Positions 1 to 10,251 of a stretch of 32,106 nt of DNA are shown here, piece after piece. This DNA is from an uncultured Anaerocolumna sp. Its GTDB lineage: Bacteria; Bacillota; Clostridia; Lachnospirales; Lachnospiraceae. The notes beneath the pieces are model-generated. The model worked only from the letters and a program-made list of their open reading frames with translations, was not told the DNA's origin and did no database searches. The DNA lies in contig CALDJN010000389.1 in the NCBI GenBank assembly GCA_937901695.1, positions 1 to 32,106 of the forward strand, in the 5' to 3' direction. The position numbers and the translations under genes are program-made. How positions within the stretch are numbered: the stretch's first letter is position 1; each line of letters opens with the position of its first letter.

Positions 1-397
1 AATCATCTTTATACCCTTTCCCTATGTATTTTTTTCAACATTGCCGTTACCAAAATTCTATAAATCTTTAATAATAGATATTTTAAAGATATACCAGACT
101 TTTCCTTATGTCAATATTTGAAAACAATTCTTAATATAAACTTAAACAATATTTATTGCTAAACCAGCTATATACAAAATATCTTTACAAAAAACCATAA
201 ATATTTTATTAAAATATTGTCGTAACTGTCCTTTTATTATCCGATATTCTGTGCTATACTATTGATAATTGTGGGTAATTATATTGCCCTTTTTACTTAT
301 GCCATTTTTGCAAAAGCAACATGACAATTTGAACCAATAAACTCTGTCTGACTTTCAAACAGATTGCATAATAAATATTACAAAGGAGTAATATCAT

Positions 398-1903
398 ATG
401 AAACTAGGATTTGATCCTCAAAAATACATTGAAGAACAATCTAAATTTATTCTGGAGCGGGTAAATAATTATGACAAGCTTTATTTAGAGTTTGGTGGTA
501 AATTAATAGGCGATAAACATGCTAAGAGAGTTCTTCCAGGATTTGATGAAGATGCAAAGATTAAGCTTCTTCAAAAATTAAAGGATAAAGCAGAAATTAT
601 TATCTGTGTATATGCGGGAGATATTGAAAGAAATAAAGTACGTGGGGATTTTGGTATTACTTATGATATGGATGTATTAAGATTAATTGATGATCTTAGA
701 ACCTTTGACTTGGAAGTAAATAGTGTAGTCATTACCCGTTATAGCGGACAACCAGCTACTACTGTATTTATAAACAAATTAGAGCGCAGAAATATAAAAG
801 TTTATACCCATATAGCAATTGAAGGTTACCCAACTGATGTTGATACTATTGTAAGCGAAGAAGGTTATGGTAAAAATCCTTACATTACAACTACAAAACC
901 TATTGTAGTCGTAACTGCACCAGGTCCGGGAAGTGGTAAACTGGCAACTTGTTTAAATCAGCTTTATCATGAATATAAGAGAGGAAATTTTTCTGGATAT
1001 TCCAAGTTTGAAACTTTCCCAGTATGGAATGTTCCACTAAAGCATCCTCTTAATGTGGCTTATGAAGCAGCAACGGTTGATTTAAAAGATGTTAATATGC
1101 TGGATTATTTTCATTTTGAAAAATATAACCAGGTAGCAGTAAATTATAACAGAGACTTGGAAATGTTCCCAGTTATAAAAAGAATTATTGAAAAAATTAC
1201 AGGAGAAGAATCCATTTACCAATCCCCTACCGATATGGGTGTAAATCGTGTAGGCTTTGGAATAATAGATGATAATGTGGTTGCAGAAGCTTCCAAACAG
1301 GAAATCATCCGCAGATACTTTACCACTGCCTGTGACTTCAAAAAAGGATTAATTGATGAAGAAGGTTTAAATCGAATGAAAGTCATTATGGAGGAAGTAG
1401 GCTTAAAGCAAGAAGATAGAGGGCCGGTGCTTCCTGCAAGAGAATATATGTCAAAACTAAAAACAGGCTCTTCAGATTCAGAAAGGACTCCTGTTATTGC
1501 TTTCCAATTACCAGATGGTACAATGATTACCGGAAAAGGATCCTCCTTAATGGATTGTTGTTCTGCCGCCATTTTGAATGCAATTAAGTATATGGCTGGG
1601 ATTGCAGATGAAATATATCTGCTTTCACCGTTAATCTTAAATACCATTCAGGACTTAAAAAACAAGAAATTAAAGAATAAAATTGCTTCACTAAACGCAG
1701 ATGAAATATTAATTGCTTTAAGCATCTCCGCTGTTACCAATCCAACTGCTCAATTAGCTTATGATAAGTTAACCGAACTTAAAGGTGTACAAGCCCACGC
1801 CACTGTAATGTTAAACAGGCGCAGTGAACAATTACTCCGGGACCTGGAAATAGACGTTACCAGCGATCCATATTATCCATCGGAGAATTTGTACTATATC
1901 TAA
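398..1903 (+). CDS. DUF1846 (UPF0371) family protein
   Basis: 501 aa; N-terminal [10 protein letters not shown]...[10 protein letters not shown]-loop-like [20 protein letters not shown] and SPTDMGVN motifs of this family; AAGGAG RBS upstream. Confidence 0.85.
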   Translation: MKLGFDPQKYIEEQSKFILERVNNYDKLYLEFGGKLIGDKHAKRVLPGFDEDAKIKLLQKLKDKAEIIICVYAGDIERNKVRGDFGITYDMDVLRLIDDLRTFDLEVNSVVITRYSGQPATTVFINKLERRNIKVYTHIAIEGYPTDVDTIVSEEGYGKNPYITTTKPIVVVTAPGPGSGKLATCLNQLYHEYKRGNFSGYSKFETFPVWNVPLKHPLNVAYEAATVDLKDVNMLDYFHFEKYNQVAVNYNRDLEMFPVIKRIIEKITGEESIYQSPTDMGVNRVGFGIIDDNVVAEASKQEIIRRYFTTACDFKKGLIDEEGLNRMKVIMEEVGLKQEDRGPVLPAREYMSKLKTGSSDSERTPVIAFQLPDGTMITGKGSSLMDCCSAAILNAIKYMAGIADEIYLLSPLILNTIQDLKNKKLKNKIASLNADEILIALSISAVTNPTAQLAYDKLTELKGVQAHATVMLNRRSEQLLRDLEIDVTSDPYYPSENLYYI

Positions 1904-1929
1904 GAGGGTGCTTTACTACACTTATATTT

Positions 1930-1992
1930 GATTTGCATGCCAAAACTCTAATATAGTTTTTGAATGAATATAAGAGTTTTGACTCACAAATC
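1930..1992. repeat. Small palindromic repeat, family 2, copy 1
   Basis: GATTTGCATGCCAAAACTCT...AGAGTTTTGACTCACAAATC; arms and loop resemble 12717-12780. Confidence 0.8.
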
Positions 1993-2034
1993 ATATTTTC
2001 CTTTAAACACAATGTTTGATTCTTCCTATATATT

Positions 2035-2083
2035 AAAAGGCTATAAAATAAATGGATTTTGCCAATTTATTTTATAGCCTTTT
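2035..2083. terminator. Probable bidirectional intrinsic terminator
   Basis: 19-bp perfect inverted repeat AAAAGGCTATAAAATAAAT / ATTTATTTTATAGCCTTTT between convergent genes, with T-tracts on both strands. Confidence 0.7.
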
Positions 2084-2132
2084 TCTTATTGTCTTTAAAA
2101 TTCCTATCTCTTACTACCTTTAAAATTCCTAA

Positions 2133-3365
2133 TTATTTATTGCTATCTGGGGTTTTTTCCTTCGTTGTATCTGCCGGGGTATCTCCTTTAGTATCTCCCG
2201 TAGTTTCACCAGCCGTTTTTCCTGCTTCCTTCTTTTGGGAAGCTGCTTCCTTTTCTTTGGAAGCTGCGTTCTTTTCCTCAGCAGCTTTTTCTTCTGCTTT
2301 CGCTTTTGCTTCTTCTGATACAAAAGTGAAGGAATCCCATAATTCATCATTTACTTTTACTTTTACTTCTTTTTGCCATTCCGTGTATAGTTTTTGGAAA
2401 GCATCAGATTGCCTTTGTTTTATAATATCTTCTTTCTTCGCTTGAGTTGCATCTTCATTAAAATCACTTACACAATATAGAATGTGATATCCATAATCGG
2501 TTTCAACAATATCACTTACTTCACCTGGTTTCATTGCAAAAGCTGCTTCTTCAAATGGTTTTACCATCTGACCTTTACCAAAAGTATATTCTACGTTAGA
2601 ATCTTCTGTATTGTCTTCCGCTAATTTTTTAAAATCTTTCGTCTTTTTTGCTTCTTTTAATAACTTCTCTGCCTTTTCACGAGCTGCTGCTTTTTCTTCC
2701 GGGGAAAATTCTACCGTTTTACCGTCTTTATCAGTCTTTTGAGTCTTGATTAATAGATGTTGAATTGTAATTTGTTTTGCTTCTTCGTCAGAAACTTCAG
2801 TATTTACATCTAAAGTTGCTGCTTCATAAACTTTTTGCTTTAATAAATCATCTCTGAATATATTGGTTACAATCTCTTCTGTAATACCATACTTAGCTTT
2901 ATCTTCATCTGTTATACCGGCTAAAAATTTAGTTGTATTTTCTTTAATTTGCGCTTCTTCATCTTCTGAAATAGAAACATTATATTTATCTGCTTTTTGA
3001 CCAATAATCTTGTTTTGAACCATCATATTCATAATATCTTGTTTTGCCAATGCTTCAAAAGTCTGACCGCCGCCAAAATCATATCCCCATACATCCGGGC
3101 CATATTGCTTTTCTACCTGAGCTTGAAATGACTTAAAGTATGCCATTGCTTCACTATACGAAACTTTTTTATCTCCAACAGAAACAACTTCTTTTTCAAA
3201 TAATTTATTATCTGCCTCTGTTCCTTTCTCATCTGTTCCTTTTTCTTCTTGTTTTGTACTTGTTTCGTTATTCTTTTTATCGTCAGACTTTGAACAACCT
3301 ACAGCAAAAACCATAATTGATGATAAAAGTCCTAAGTACACTAATTTCTTTGTTATTTTCTTCAT
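2133..3365 (-). CDS. prsA: PrsA-like parvulin peptidyl-prolyl isomerase, lipoprotein foldase
   Basis: Signal peptide with lipobox AVGC; SurA-like N-domain; parvulin motifs HLLI, GQMVKPFEEAAF, VETDYGYHI; directly downstream of mfd. Start moved to ATG 3365 (MKKITKK), which has an AAAGAGG RBS. Confidence 0.85.
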   Translation of the reverse strand: MKKITKKLVYLGLLSSIMVFAVGCSKSDDKKNNETSTKQEEKGTDEKGTEADNKLFEKEVVSVGDKKVSYSEAMAYFKSFQAQVEKQYGPDVWGYDFGGGQTFEALAKQDIMNMMVQNKIIGQKADKYNVSISEDEEAQIKENTTKFLAGITDEDKAKYGITEEIVTNIFRDDLLKQKVYEAATLDVNTEVSDEEAKQITIQHLLIKTQKTDKDGKTVEFSPEEKAAAREKAEKLLKEAKKTKDFKKLAEDNTEDSNVEYTFGKGQMVKPFEEAAFAMKPGEVSDIVETDYGYHILYCVSDFNEDATQAKKEDIIKQRQSDAFQKLYTEWQKEVKVKVNDELWDSFTFVSEEAKAKAEEKAAEEKNAASKEKEAASQKKEAGKTAGETTGDTKGDTPADTTKEKTPDSNK

Positions 3366-3457
3366 TCTTTCCTCTTTCTTGCCCAATTCAGTCTATTTTT
3401 AAGAAAGTTACAGGCACAAATTATGTTTGTACTACACAACATAAGTTTCATTATAAT

Positions 3458-6400
3458 TTAATTCTCCCCATCAAGCAATAGTTTTAAGTCATTTAATAGT
3501 TTTTTCACATTTTCAAAAATACTTAAAGTATCTATTTTTCCTTTTAATACTTTCTTTAAATCATAAGTAAAATAGGGGTTTGCTTCCATGGTTAGTTTTA
3601 AAGCAGGCTGATATTTCTCAATTAATTGAGGAAACTGATCCACTTTTAGTTTTGCCTTATTATACATAACCAGCTTAACCTGATCGTTTTTGTGTACCAG
3701 GGAAGAGATGTATACGCTATGACACATAGCTTTTATAAGGGCAATATTTAATAAATTATTAACAGAAGAAGGCATATCCCCAAAACGGTCCAGTAATTCC
3801 TCCTGCATGTCAAGTAAATCTTCTTCATTACCAATCTCTGCAATTCGTTTGTATACATCCAGTTTTTGAAACTCACTCTTAATATAAGTAGCAGGAATAA
3901 ATGCATCAATATCTATATCCACAGTGGTATCAAAAGTTTCTTCCTCTACCGAGTCGCCTTTCATAGCCTGTACTGCATCATTTAGCATCTTACAGTACAA
4001 ATCATATCCTACTGCTTCCATATGTCCGCTTTGCTGTGCACCAAGGAGATTTCCTGCACCACGGATTTCTAAGTCCCTCATGGCAATCTTAAAACCAGAA
4101 CCAAGTTCAGTAAATTCTTTAATGGCTTGGAGACGTTTTTCCGCTATCTCCTTTAGCATCTTATCTCTTTTATACATTAGAAATGCATAAGCGGTTCGAT
4201 TGGACCTTCCAACACGTCCTCTTAATTGATATAACTGTGATAAGCCCAGTCGGTCTGCATCATCAATAATCATGGTATTTACGTTGGAGATATCAAGTCC
4301 GGTTTCAATAATGGTTGTAGAAACCAGTACATCGATTTCTCCATTAATAAAATCAAACATAATACGCTCCAGTTCCCTTTCGCTCATCTGACCATGGGCA
4401 AATGATACATTGGCCTCTGGTACTAATTTTGCAATCCTTGCTGTAACCTCATCAATGCCATTAACACGGTTGTACACGTAATATACCTGTCCACCTCTTG
4501 TTAATTCCCTGATAATGGCTTCCCTTATAATTTCATCATTATGCTCTAATACATAAGTTTGAATTGGCATTCTGTCTACTGGAGGTTCATCCAAAACACT
4601 CATATCCCGAATTCCAATTAAGCTCATATGCAGAGTTCTTGGTATTGGAGTAGCGGTTAAGGTTAGCACATCTACTTCACCTTTTAACTTTTTAATTTTC
4701 TCTTTGTGAGTTACACCAAATCTTTGCTCTTCATCAACGATTAATAAGCCTAAATTTTTAAATTGTATATCCTTTGACAAAACCCGGTGAGTACCAATTA
4801 TAATGTCCAGGCTTCCTTTCTTTAACTTCTCAATAATCTTCTTTTGCTGGGCAGGTGTACGAAAGCGGGATAGCATATCAATGCTGATTGGAAAATCCAT
4901 CATTCTTTGTACAAACGTGTTGTAATGCTGTTGAGCCAATATAGTAGTAGGTACTAGGATAACTACCTGTTTCCCATCCGAAACCGCTTTAAATGCAGCA
5001 CGAATGGCAATCTCGGTTTTACCATAGCCAACGTCTCCGCAGATTAAACGATCCATAATCTTCTTACTTTCCATATCCCGTTTTGTCTCTTCTATAGCCC
5101 GAAGCTGGTCATCTGTCTCTTCATAAGGAAACATTTCCTCAAATTCATTTTGCCATACCGTATCCGGACCAAACTGATAGCCTTCTTTTGACTGTCTTGC
5201 AGCATAAAGTTCTACTAATTCCTTAGCAATCTCTTTTACTTCACCTTTGACTTTTGCTTTCGTTCTCTTCCATTCCGGAGAGCTTAACTTATTTAATTTT
5301 GGTTTTCTTGTATCTGCACCGGCATACTTTTGTATTACATCAAGACCTGTTGCAAGTATATATAATATGCCGCCTCCGGCATATTCAATTTTAATATAAT
5401 CTTTCGTTACATTATCCACTTCAATCTTTTCGATACCTTTATAGATACCTAATCCATGGTTTTCATGAACTACATAATCACCAATATTTAAATCCGTAAA
5501 GTTTTGAATCTTCTTACCATCATATTCTTTAATTTTACGTTTCTTCTTTTTCTCAGCACCGAAAATATCACTTTCTGATATGATTACAAACTTAATAAGT
5601 GGATATTCAAAACCTTTGTGAATACTTCCATAAGCAGTCATAATCTCACCTTTTTGAATGACGCGGTCCATATCTTCACTATAAAAGGCAGTTAAATCAT
5701 GCTCTCTTAAATCTTCGCTAAGTCTTTTTGCCCTGGTTCTGGAACCGGATAGTAGGAGAATACGATAACCGTTTTTCTTCCACTTTGCTAAATCCTTTAT
5801 CAGGACATCAAAATTATTATTATATGGATTTACAGACCGAACAGTAAAGTCATATTTACATTTGGTAGTAAAAAAGGTTGTCTTATAATCCATAGTGCTT
5901 AGTAATATAGTATTCTTGCGGTTTATATTGGCAAGAAGTTCTTTGTAGCTATAGATAACGTCACTTTGTCCGGGAAGAATATAACCTTTTTCAATTCTGC
6001 CAATCATACCCTCTCTAAACTCTGTTTCCACAGCTTCCCCTTTTTCAATAATTCTTGTAGGTTCATCCAAAAACACAATGGAATTGTCTTCCTGAAAGTA
6101 GTCAAATAAAGAAACCGTTTTTTCATAAAAATAATTGATATAACTATCAATACCTACGGAACCTTGGAAATTAACTATGTTTTCTTTAAATTCTTCAATA
6201 ATACTTTTAATACGTGCAGCTTCTTCTGTTTTAAATTGTTCACGTAGCTTTGTTACATATTGTTTTGTCTCATCATCTATTTTTTTTATACCTTGTATCA
6301 TTCTATCCCTGCTCAGAATCATTTCTGCCGCTGGGTAGACTTTAAGGCTCTTTACATTCTCAATGGAGCGTTGACTGTTCACATCAAAGGAACGAATGGA

Positions 6401-6997
6401 ATCAACTTCATCCCCCCATAGTTCTATACGAAATGGGCAGTCTTCCGTAGGAGGATAAATATCTAAAATACCTCCTCTGACTGCAAATTCTCCAGGACCT
6501 TCCACCTGTCCCAGTCTTTCATAACCCAGATGTATCAGTTTCTCCTGAAGCTTAGTAAAATCAATGGTACTGGCTTCCTCTATGGTAATTACTGATTCTT
6601 TCAGAAAATCCAGAGGAAGAATTTTATCCATACCACCATCTAATGTTGTAATAATAGTTACCGGTTCTTTTTCAATGAGCTTTCTTAAAATCTTAAGCCG
6701 GTCCTTTACAAGGGCATTACCATGAATATCAACACTGTAGAATATAATGTCCTTGGCCGGATATATATAAACGTTTTTATCGTAAAGCCTATAATCTTCA
6801 TATATTTCCCTGGCTTTCAAATCGCTGTAAGTTATGATTAATTTCCACAGATAGCCTTCACCTAAACCACTGATGATATGACATTTCTGTGAATCAATAC
6901 AACCTGTAACTTGCACCGGCGTGTTTTTTAATTTTAAGTTGTCTCTAATGTCATTAAATTCTTTTAATTCCTTCAGAGGGGAAGTAAAGGTTTTCAA
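3458..6997 (-). CDS. mfd: Transcription-repair coupling factor
   Basis: 1179 aa; GEFAVRGGILD, CarD-like GDYVVHENHG, GDVGYGKTE, DEEQRFG, TATPIPRT, QLRGRVGRS, DLEIRGAGNLLG; TTG start with AAGGAGG RBS. Confidence 0.97.
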   Translation of the reverse strand: MKTFTSPLKELKEFNDIRDNLKLKNTPVQVTGCIDSQKCHIISGLGEGYLWKLIITYSDLKAREIYEDYRLYDKNVYIYPAKDIIFYSVDIHGNALVKDRLKILRKLIEKEPVTIITTLDGGMDKILPLDFLKESVITIEEASTIDFTKLQEKLIHLGYERLGQVEGPGEFAVRGGILDIYPPTEDCPFRIELWGDEVDSIRSFDVNSQRSIENVKSLKVYPAAEMILSRDRMIQGIKKIDDETKQYVTKLREQFKTEEAARIKSIIEEFKENIVNFQGSVGIDSYINYFYEKTVSLFDYFQEDNSIVFLDEPTRIIEKGEAVETEFREGMIGRIEKGYILPGQSDVIYSYKELLANINRKNTILLSTMDYKTTFFTTKCKYDFTVRSVNPYNNNFDVLIKDLAKWKKNGYRILLLSGSRTRAKRLSEDLREHDLTAFYSEDMDRVIQKGEIMTAYGSIHKGFEYPLIKFVIISESDIFGAEKKKKRKIKEYDGKKIQNFTDLNIGDYVVHENHGLGIYKGIEKIEVDNVTKDYIKIEYAGGGILYILATGLDVIQKYAGADTRKPKLNKLSSPEWKRTKAKVKGEVKEIAKELVELYAARQSKEGYQFGPDTVWQNEFEEMFPYEETDDQLRAIEETKRDMESKKIMDRLICGDVGYGKTEIAIRAAFKAVSDGKQVVILVPTTILAQQHYNTFVQRMMDFPISIDMLSRFRTPAQQKKIIEKLKKGSLDIIIGTHRVLSKDIQFKNLGLLIVDEEQRFGVTHKEKIKKLKGEVDVLTLTATPIPRTLHMSLIGIRDMSVLDEPPVDRMPIQTYVLEHNDEIIREAIIRELTRGGQVYYVYNRVNGIDEVTARIAKLVPEANVSFAHGQMSERELERIMFDFINGEIDVLVSTTIIETGLDISNVNTMIIDDADRLGLSQLYQLRGRVGRSNRTAYAFLMYKRDKMLKEIAEKRLQAIKEFTELGSGFKIAMRDLEIRGAGNLLGAQQSGHMEAVGYDLYCKMLNDAVQAMKGDSVEEETFDTTVDIDIDAFIPATYIKSEFQKLDVYKRIAEIGNEEDLLDMQEELLDRFGDMPSSVNNLLNIALIKAMCHSVYISSLVHKNDQVKLVMYNKAKLKVDQFPQLIEKYQPALKLTMEANPYFTYDLKKVLKGKIDTLSIFENVKKLLNDLKLLLDGEN

Positions 6998-7112
6998 ATT
7001 GCTGCCTCCTTTATAGACACCTATTCCTGAGATTTTCTAATCAAATATGCAAAATTCCATGCTAAATCAAGGATAATATTAAAATCAATTTATCCCTTTC
7101 ATTGTATCTTAT

Positions 7113-7676
7113 TTATTTTCTATTATATATATTCATTGCGGCAGACATTCCATCTGTAATAATTGACTTTACTGCTTCTGAAGTTCTTTTTAAAGCATCA
7201 CGAATAACGGGCTCTTCTTCTTTTGGAAAACGTGCCAGTACATAATCTGCCAGGTCCCAATCCTTGGGTTTATCGCCTACTCCTACTTTGATTCTTGGGA
7301 ATTCTTCCGTACCCAGATGGCTGATAATATTCTTAATTCCGTTATGCCCCCCTGCACTTCCTTTACTTCGAAGACGAAGTTTGCCAACATCTAAACTAAT
7401 ATCATCATAGATTACTATAATTTCTTCATTGGATACTTTGTAAAAGTCTACAAGTTCCCTTACGCTTTCTCCTCTTAAATTCATGAAAGGCTGAGGCATG
7501 GCAAGTACAACCTTTTCACCGTCAATGTATCCTTTTCCACATAAAGCTTTATGTTTTTTAAAATCCAAAGGAATATCATAATCATCTGATATTCGCGTTA
7601 ATGCATCAAATCCAATATTATGCCTGGTTGCTGCATATCTTTGATCCGGATTTCCCAATCCTATAATAATGTGCAT
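7113..7676 (-). CDS. pth: Peptidyl-tRNA hydrolase
   Basis: IIGLGNP...Y..TRHNIGF, DDISL, GSAGGHNG, RIKVGVG; upstream of mfd. Start moved to ATG 7676 (MHIIIGLGNP). Confidence 0.95.
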   Translation of the reverse strand: MHIIIGLGNPDQRYAATRHNIGFDALTRISDDYDIPLDFKKHKALCGKGYIDGEKVVLAMPQPFMNLRGESVRELVDFYKVSNEEIIVIYDDISLDVGKLRLRSKGSAGGHNGIKNIISHLGTEEFPRIKVGVGDKPKDWDLADYVLARFPKEEEPVIRDALKRTSEAVKSIITDGMSAAMNIYNRK

Positions 7677-7928
7677 AATTACACCCACTGCATATCGCAA
7701 GTTTCTTTGCGATACTGCCCTTCATATATAGTGTGAAAGAATTTCTTTCGTGGCATCCTTTCATTCTTAATTTTTCATTCACACTTCCAGCTATGATGCC
7801 GCTTTATGGCATCTCAAATAATGACAAAGTAGTTCAAAATGAAAATGAATCTCTTCCTAAGTTCATTTTAAAATTCTTTCCAATAGAAAACTTGGTCTTA
7901 CATTTGTGAAAATACCTTTTCTTCCTAT

Positions 7929-8930
7929 TTAATCACTATAGGAAGATGCTGCCGATGCAGCAGAGGCACTGGATATGGCAATAATCATAGCCGTTTGTTC
8001 TGCAATAATTAAATTGGTTATACTGTTAGTCAGAGTCATGGTAAGGGAATTCTTCTTTATGTCTTTTAGATATTCATCCACTACCAGTACCGAGCTGAAT
8101 AAAGTTCGATCCTGCTTCGAAATGGACCATCTTCCGAAACCTTTTTTCTCTAACAAATACTGATTCACCTCTGCGATTTCATCGGTTATCTTCTCCACGT
8201 CTTCACTAATCAATACTAGTATACCAAGATTGGAAAGATTATGATATTTTGAAATCTTGCACCCTTTTCTATTCAGGCTTTCAAATACTTTTAATACTCT
8301 ATCACATTTGCTTTCAGCCTGTTCCTCACCCATAGCAAGAACATGGGTTAAAGACTGAAGTTCATTACCTGCGCCAAAGCTTTTCTTTAATAACTCATAG
8401 CAAAACTCCATATCTTTTATTGCCTCAGCAACTTCCAAATCTGTGGCAGCTAACATTGCTGCATATCCATAGTCATCAGAGGAGGTTAAAAATTTATGTT
8501 CTCTTTTCATTGAATCATAGAATTCTTTTGCTCTGTTAATAACTGCTGGCACATTCTCATCTTCTGTTTGTTTTGCCACAGAAAATGCTGCTAAAGTCAA
8601 ATAAGGCGAAGAGTGAAAACCGATTTTTTTCATTTCTTCATACACTCTTTTTGTTTTTAAAAACATACTTTCCGGATTCTGTTCCAGTGAAAATAAAGTT
8701 GATAAAACAAAAAATGATATATCCTTAAAATTTGAGAATATCCCTGTATTATTCTTAATAATTTTTTTTGCATTTCTAATAGCTTCTGTATCTGCCTTTA
8801 AACCGGCATTGGTACAAATAATACCGGATAGCCGTAACATCATAGAATATTCCCATTTAAAATTATCCTTTAATATCTGATAGTTTTCTGTAAATAAATC
8901 ACATTTGTATTGTAGATTGTCACTTAACAT
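7929..8930 (-). CDS. DUF4003-like protein
   Basis: IIKNNTGIFSNF, MKREHKFLTSSDD and NELQSLTHVL motifs and an Ala/Ser-rich C-terminus, recognised from memory of this family; start ATG 8930 preceded by GGAGGAG. Confidence 0.7.
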   Translation of the reverse strand: MLSDNLQYKCDLFTENYQILKDNFKWEYSMMLRLSGIICTNAGLKADTEAIRNAKKIIKNNTGIFSNFKDISFFVLSTLFSLEQNPESMFLKTKRVYEEMKKIGFHSSPYLTLAAFSVAKQTEDENVPAVINRAKEFYDSMKREHKFLTSSDDYGYAAMLAATDLEVAEAIKDMEFCYELLKKSFGAGNELQSLTHVLAMGEEQAESKCDRVLKVFESLNRKGCKISKYHNLSNLGILVLISEDVEKITDEIAEVNQYLLEKKGFGRWSISKQDRTLFSSVLVVDEYLKDIKKNSLTMTLTNSITNLIIAEQTAMIIAISSASAASAASSYSD

Positions 8931-9047
8931 ATCTAACTCCTCCTCTTCCATAAGAAAAGACCACATTAGCAATACCTCAAAAATATGCACACAACAACGC
9001 TACACCTATACCAAAATATATGTGCAGCGTCGTTTCATATAGTTATC

Positions 9048-9076
9048 ATTATAAATCATTGATATTTTTATCGCAA
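9048..9076 (-). promoter_or_regulatory. SigA-type promoter for the DUF4003-like gene
   Basis: Minus strand TTGCGA-17 nt-TATAAT. Confidence 0.6.
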
Positions 9077-9305
9077 TAGTTTTTCTAACATTGGGAAAAG
9101 CCGAATAAATTGGATATTATAAGCTAAATTGCAACAATTAGATAAATCTTTAGATAAATCTTTTACTCAAAAAAAGACAATCTAACCTTGTTAAACTTAA
9201 TATTTTATGTTTTACTTATAATAGTTGATTAAGTCAGGAGCTTTAACGCCCTAATTGTAGTATTTATTATATGAACATAGCAGTTTTATAAAATAATGAG
9301 GTGAT

Positions 9306-10130
9306 ATGATGGCTGCTGAAATTACATTAGAAGGAATTTTAAAAGAACTATATAATATATCCGGCTTTCGAATCAGTATCTACGATACCGAATTTAACGA
9401 GGTGATTGCCTATCCCAAAAACTTAAGTTGCTTTTGCAGTCTTGTTCAAAAGTCTTTGGAAGGAAAGCAAAAATGCGTACAAAATGACATCAATGCTTTT
9501 GAAAAAGTACAATCATTAAAAGATGTTTATATATACAAATGTCACTTTGGTTTGTGTGAAGCAGTTACCCCCCTTTATAGCTTTGGAACTTTAACTGGTT
9601 ACCTGATGATGGGCCAGTACTTAGACGATTATTCCGAATCCAAAAACAATTCCTTTTTTGCTGCATTGCCATATGTAGAAGATAAGAATGATTTATCGGA
9701 AGCCTTAAAACAAGTCCCTGTCAGTTCCAAAGAAACCATTCAATCAGTAATTACAATAATGAATGTTTGTGCTCAATATATTACTTTAAGCAATCGGCTA
9801 AATCTTCAAAAACAAGATTTGGCAATGGAGATAAAAAGATATCTTGACCTTAACTATAGCAAAAAAATCACCATTGATTTACTCTGCTCACACTTTTTCT
9901 GCTCAAAATCAACATTGCATACCCATTTTAAACTAAAGTTTAATCAAGGTATCAATCAATACTTAACAAAAATTCGTATTCAACATGCAGAAAATTATCT
10001 AAGAAATAGTAAGAAAACCATTGGGGAGATTACCTCATTATGTGGATTTTCCGACCAAAACTATTTTACGAAAGCATTTACAAAACATAAAAATATGTCT
10101 CCTACTGATTTTCGAAAAAGCTGCGAGTAA
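9306..10130 (+). CDS. AraC-family regulator with N-terminal PocR sensor domain
   Basis: PocR cysteine pattern FC..V...C...D...YIYKCHFGL...LMMGQ; C-terminal AraC HTH (CGFSDQNYFTKAF...SPTDFRK); GAGGTG RBS. Confidence 0.9.
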   Translation: MMAAEITLEGILKELYNISGFRISIYDTEFNEVIAYPKNLSCFCSLVQKSLEGKQKCVQNDINAFEKVQSLKDVYIYKCHFGLCEAVTPLYSFGTLTGYLMMGQYLDDYSESKNNSFFAALPYVEDKNDLSEALKQVPVSSKETIQSVITIMNVCAQYITLSNRLNLQKQDLAMEIKRYLDLNYSKKITIDLLCSHFFCSKSTLHTHFKLKFNQGINQYLTKIRIQHAENYLRNSKKTIGEITSLCGFSDQNYFTKAFTKHKNMSPTDFRKSCE

Positions 10131-10169
10131 TGGGAGTAAGAAGATAGATTGTTGTTATATTATCTTATA

Positions 10170-10228
10170 TTTACCTTTGTAAACTTATATCAATCATATG
10201 TTTACTAAAGTAAACATTATGGTATAAT
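10170..10228 (+). promoter_or_regulatory. Promoter of the HTH-Fic gene with two TTTAC-N4-GTAAA palindromes
   Basis: TTTACT-16 nt-TATAAT with extended TG; perfect palindrome ATGTTTACT-AA-AGTAAACAT (10198-10217) covers the -35; second TTTACCTTTGTAAA at 10170-10183. Confidence 0.65.
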
Positions 10229-10251
10229 AAGTAGCAAAGGAGGGTTTTGCT

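Noticed and set aside
1-20. Start of a minus-strand gene leaving the window (ATG at 6, GAAAGGG upstream)
   Set aside because: Only two codons are visible, so it cannot be supported.
2059-2445. 128-aa hydrophobic ORF and the other short ORFs overlapping large genes
   Set aside because: Antisense or alternate-frame shadows of well-supported genes; hydrophobicity here mirrors the K/E/A-rich PrsA tail.
7690-7870. Riboswitch among short hairpins upstream of pth
   Set aside because: Several short stems but no recognisable aptamer consensus.
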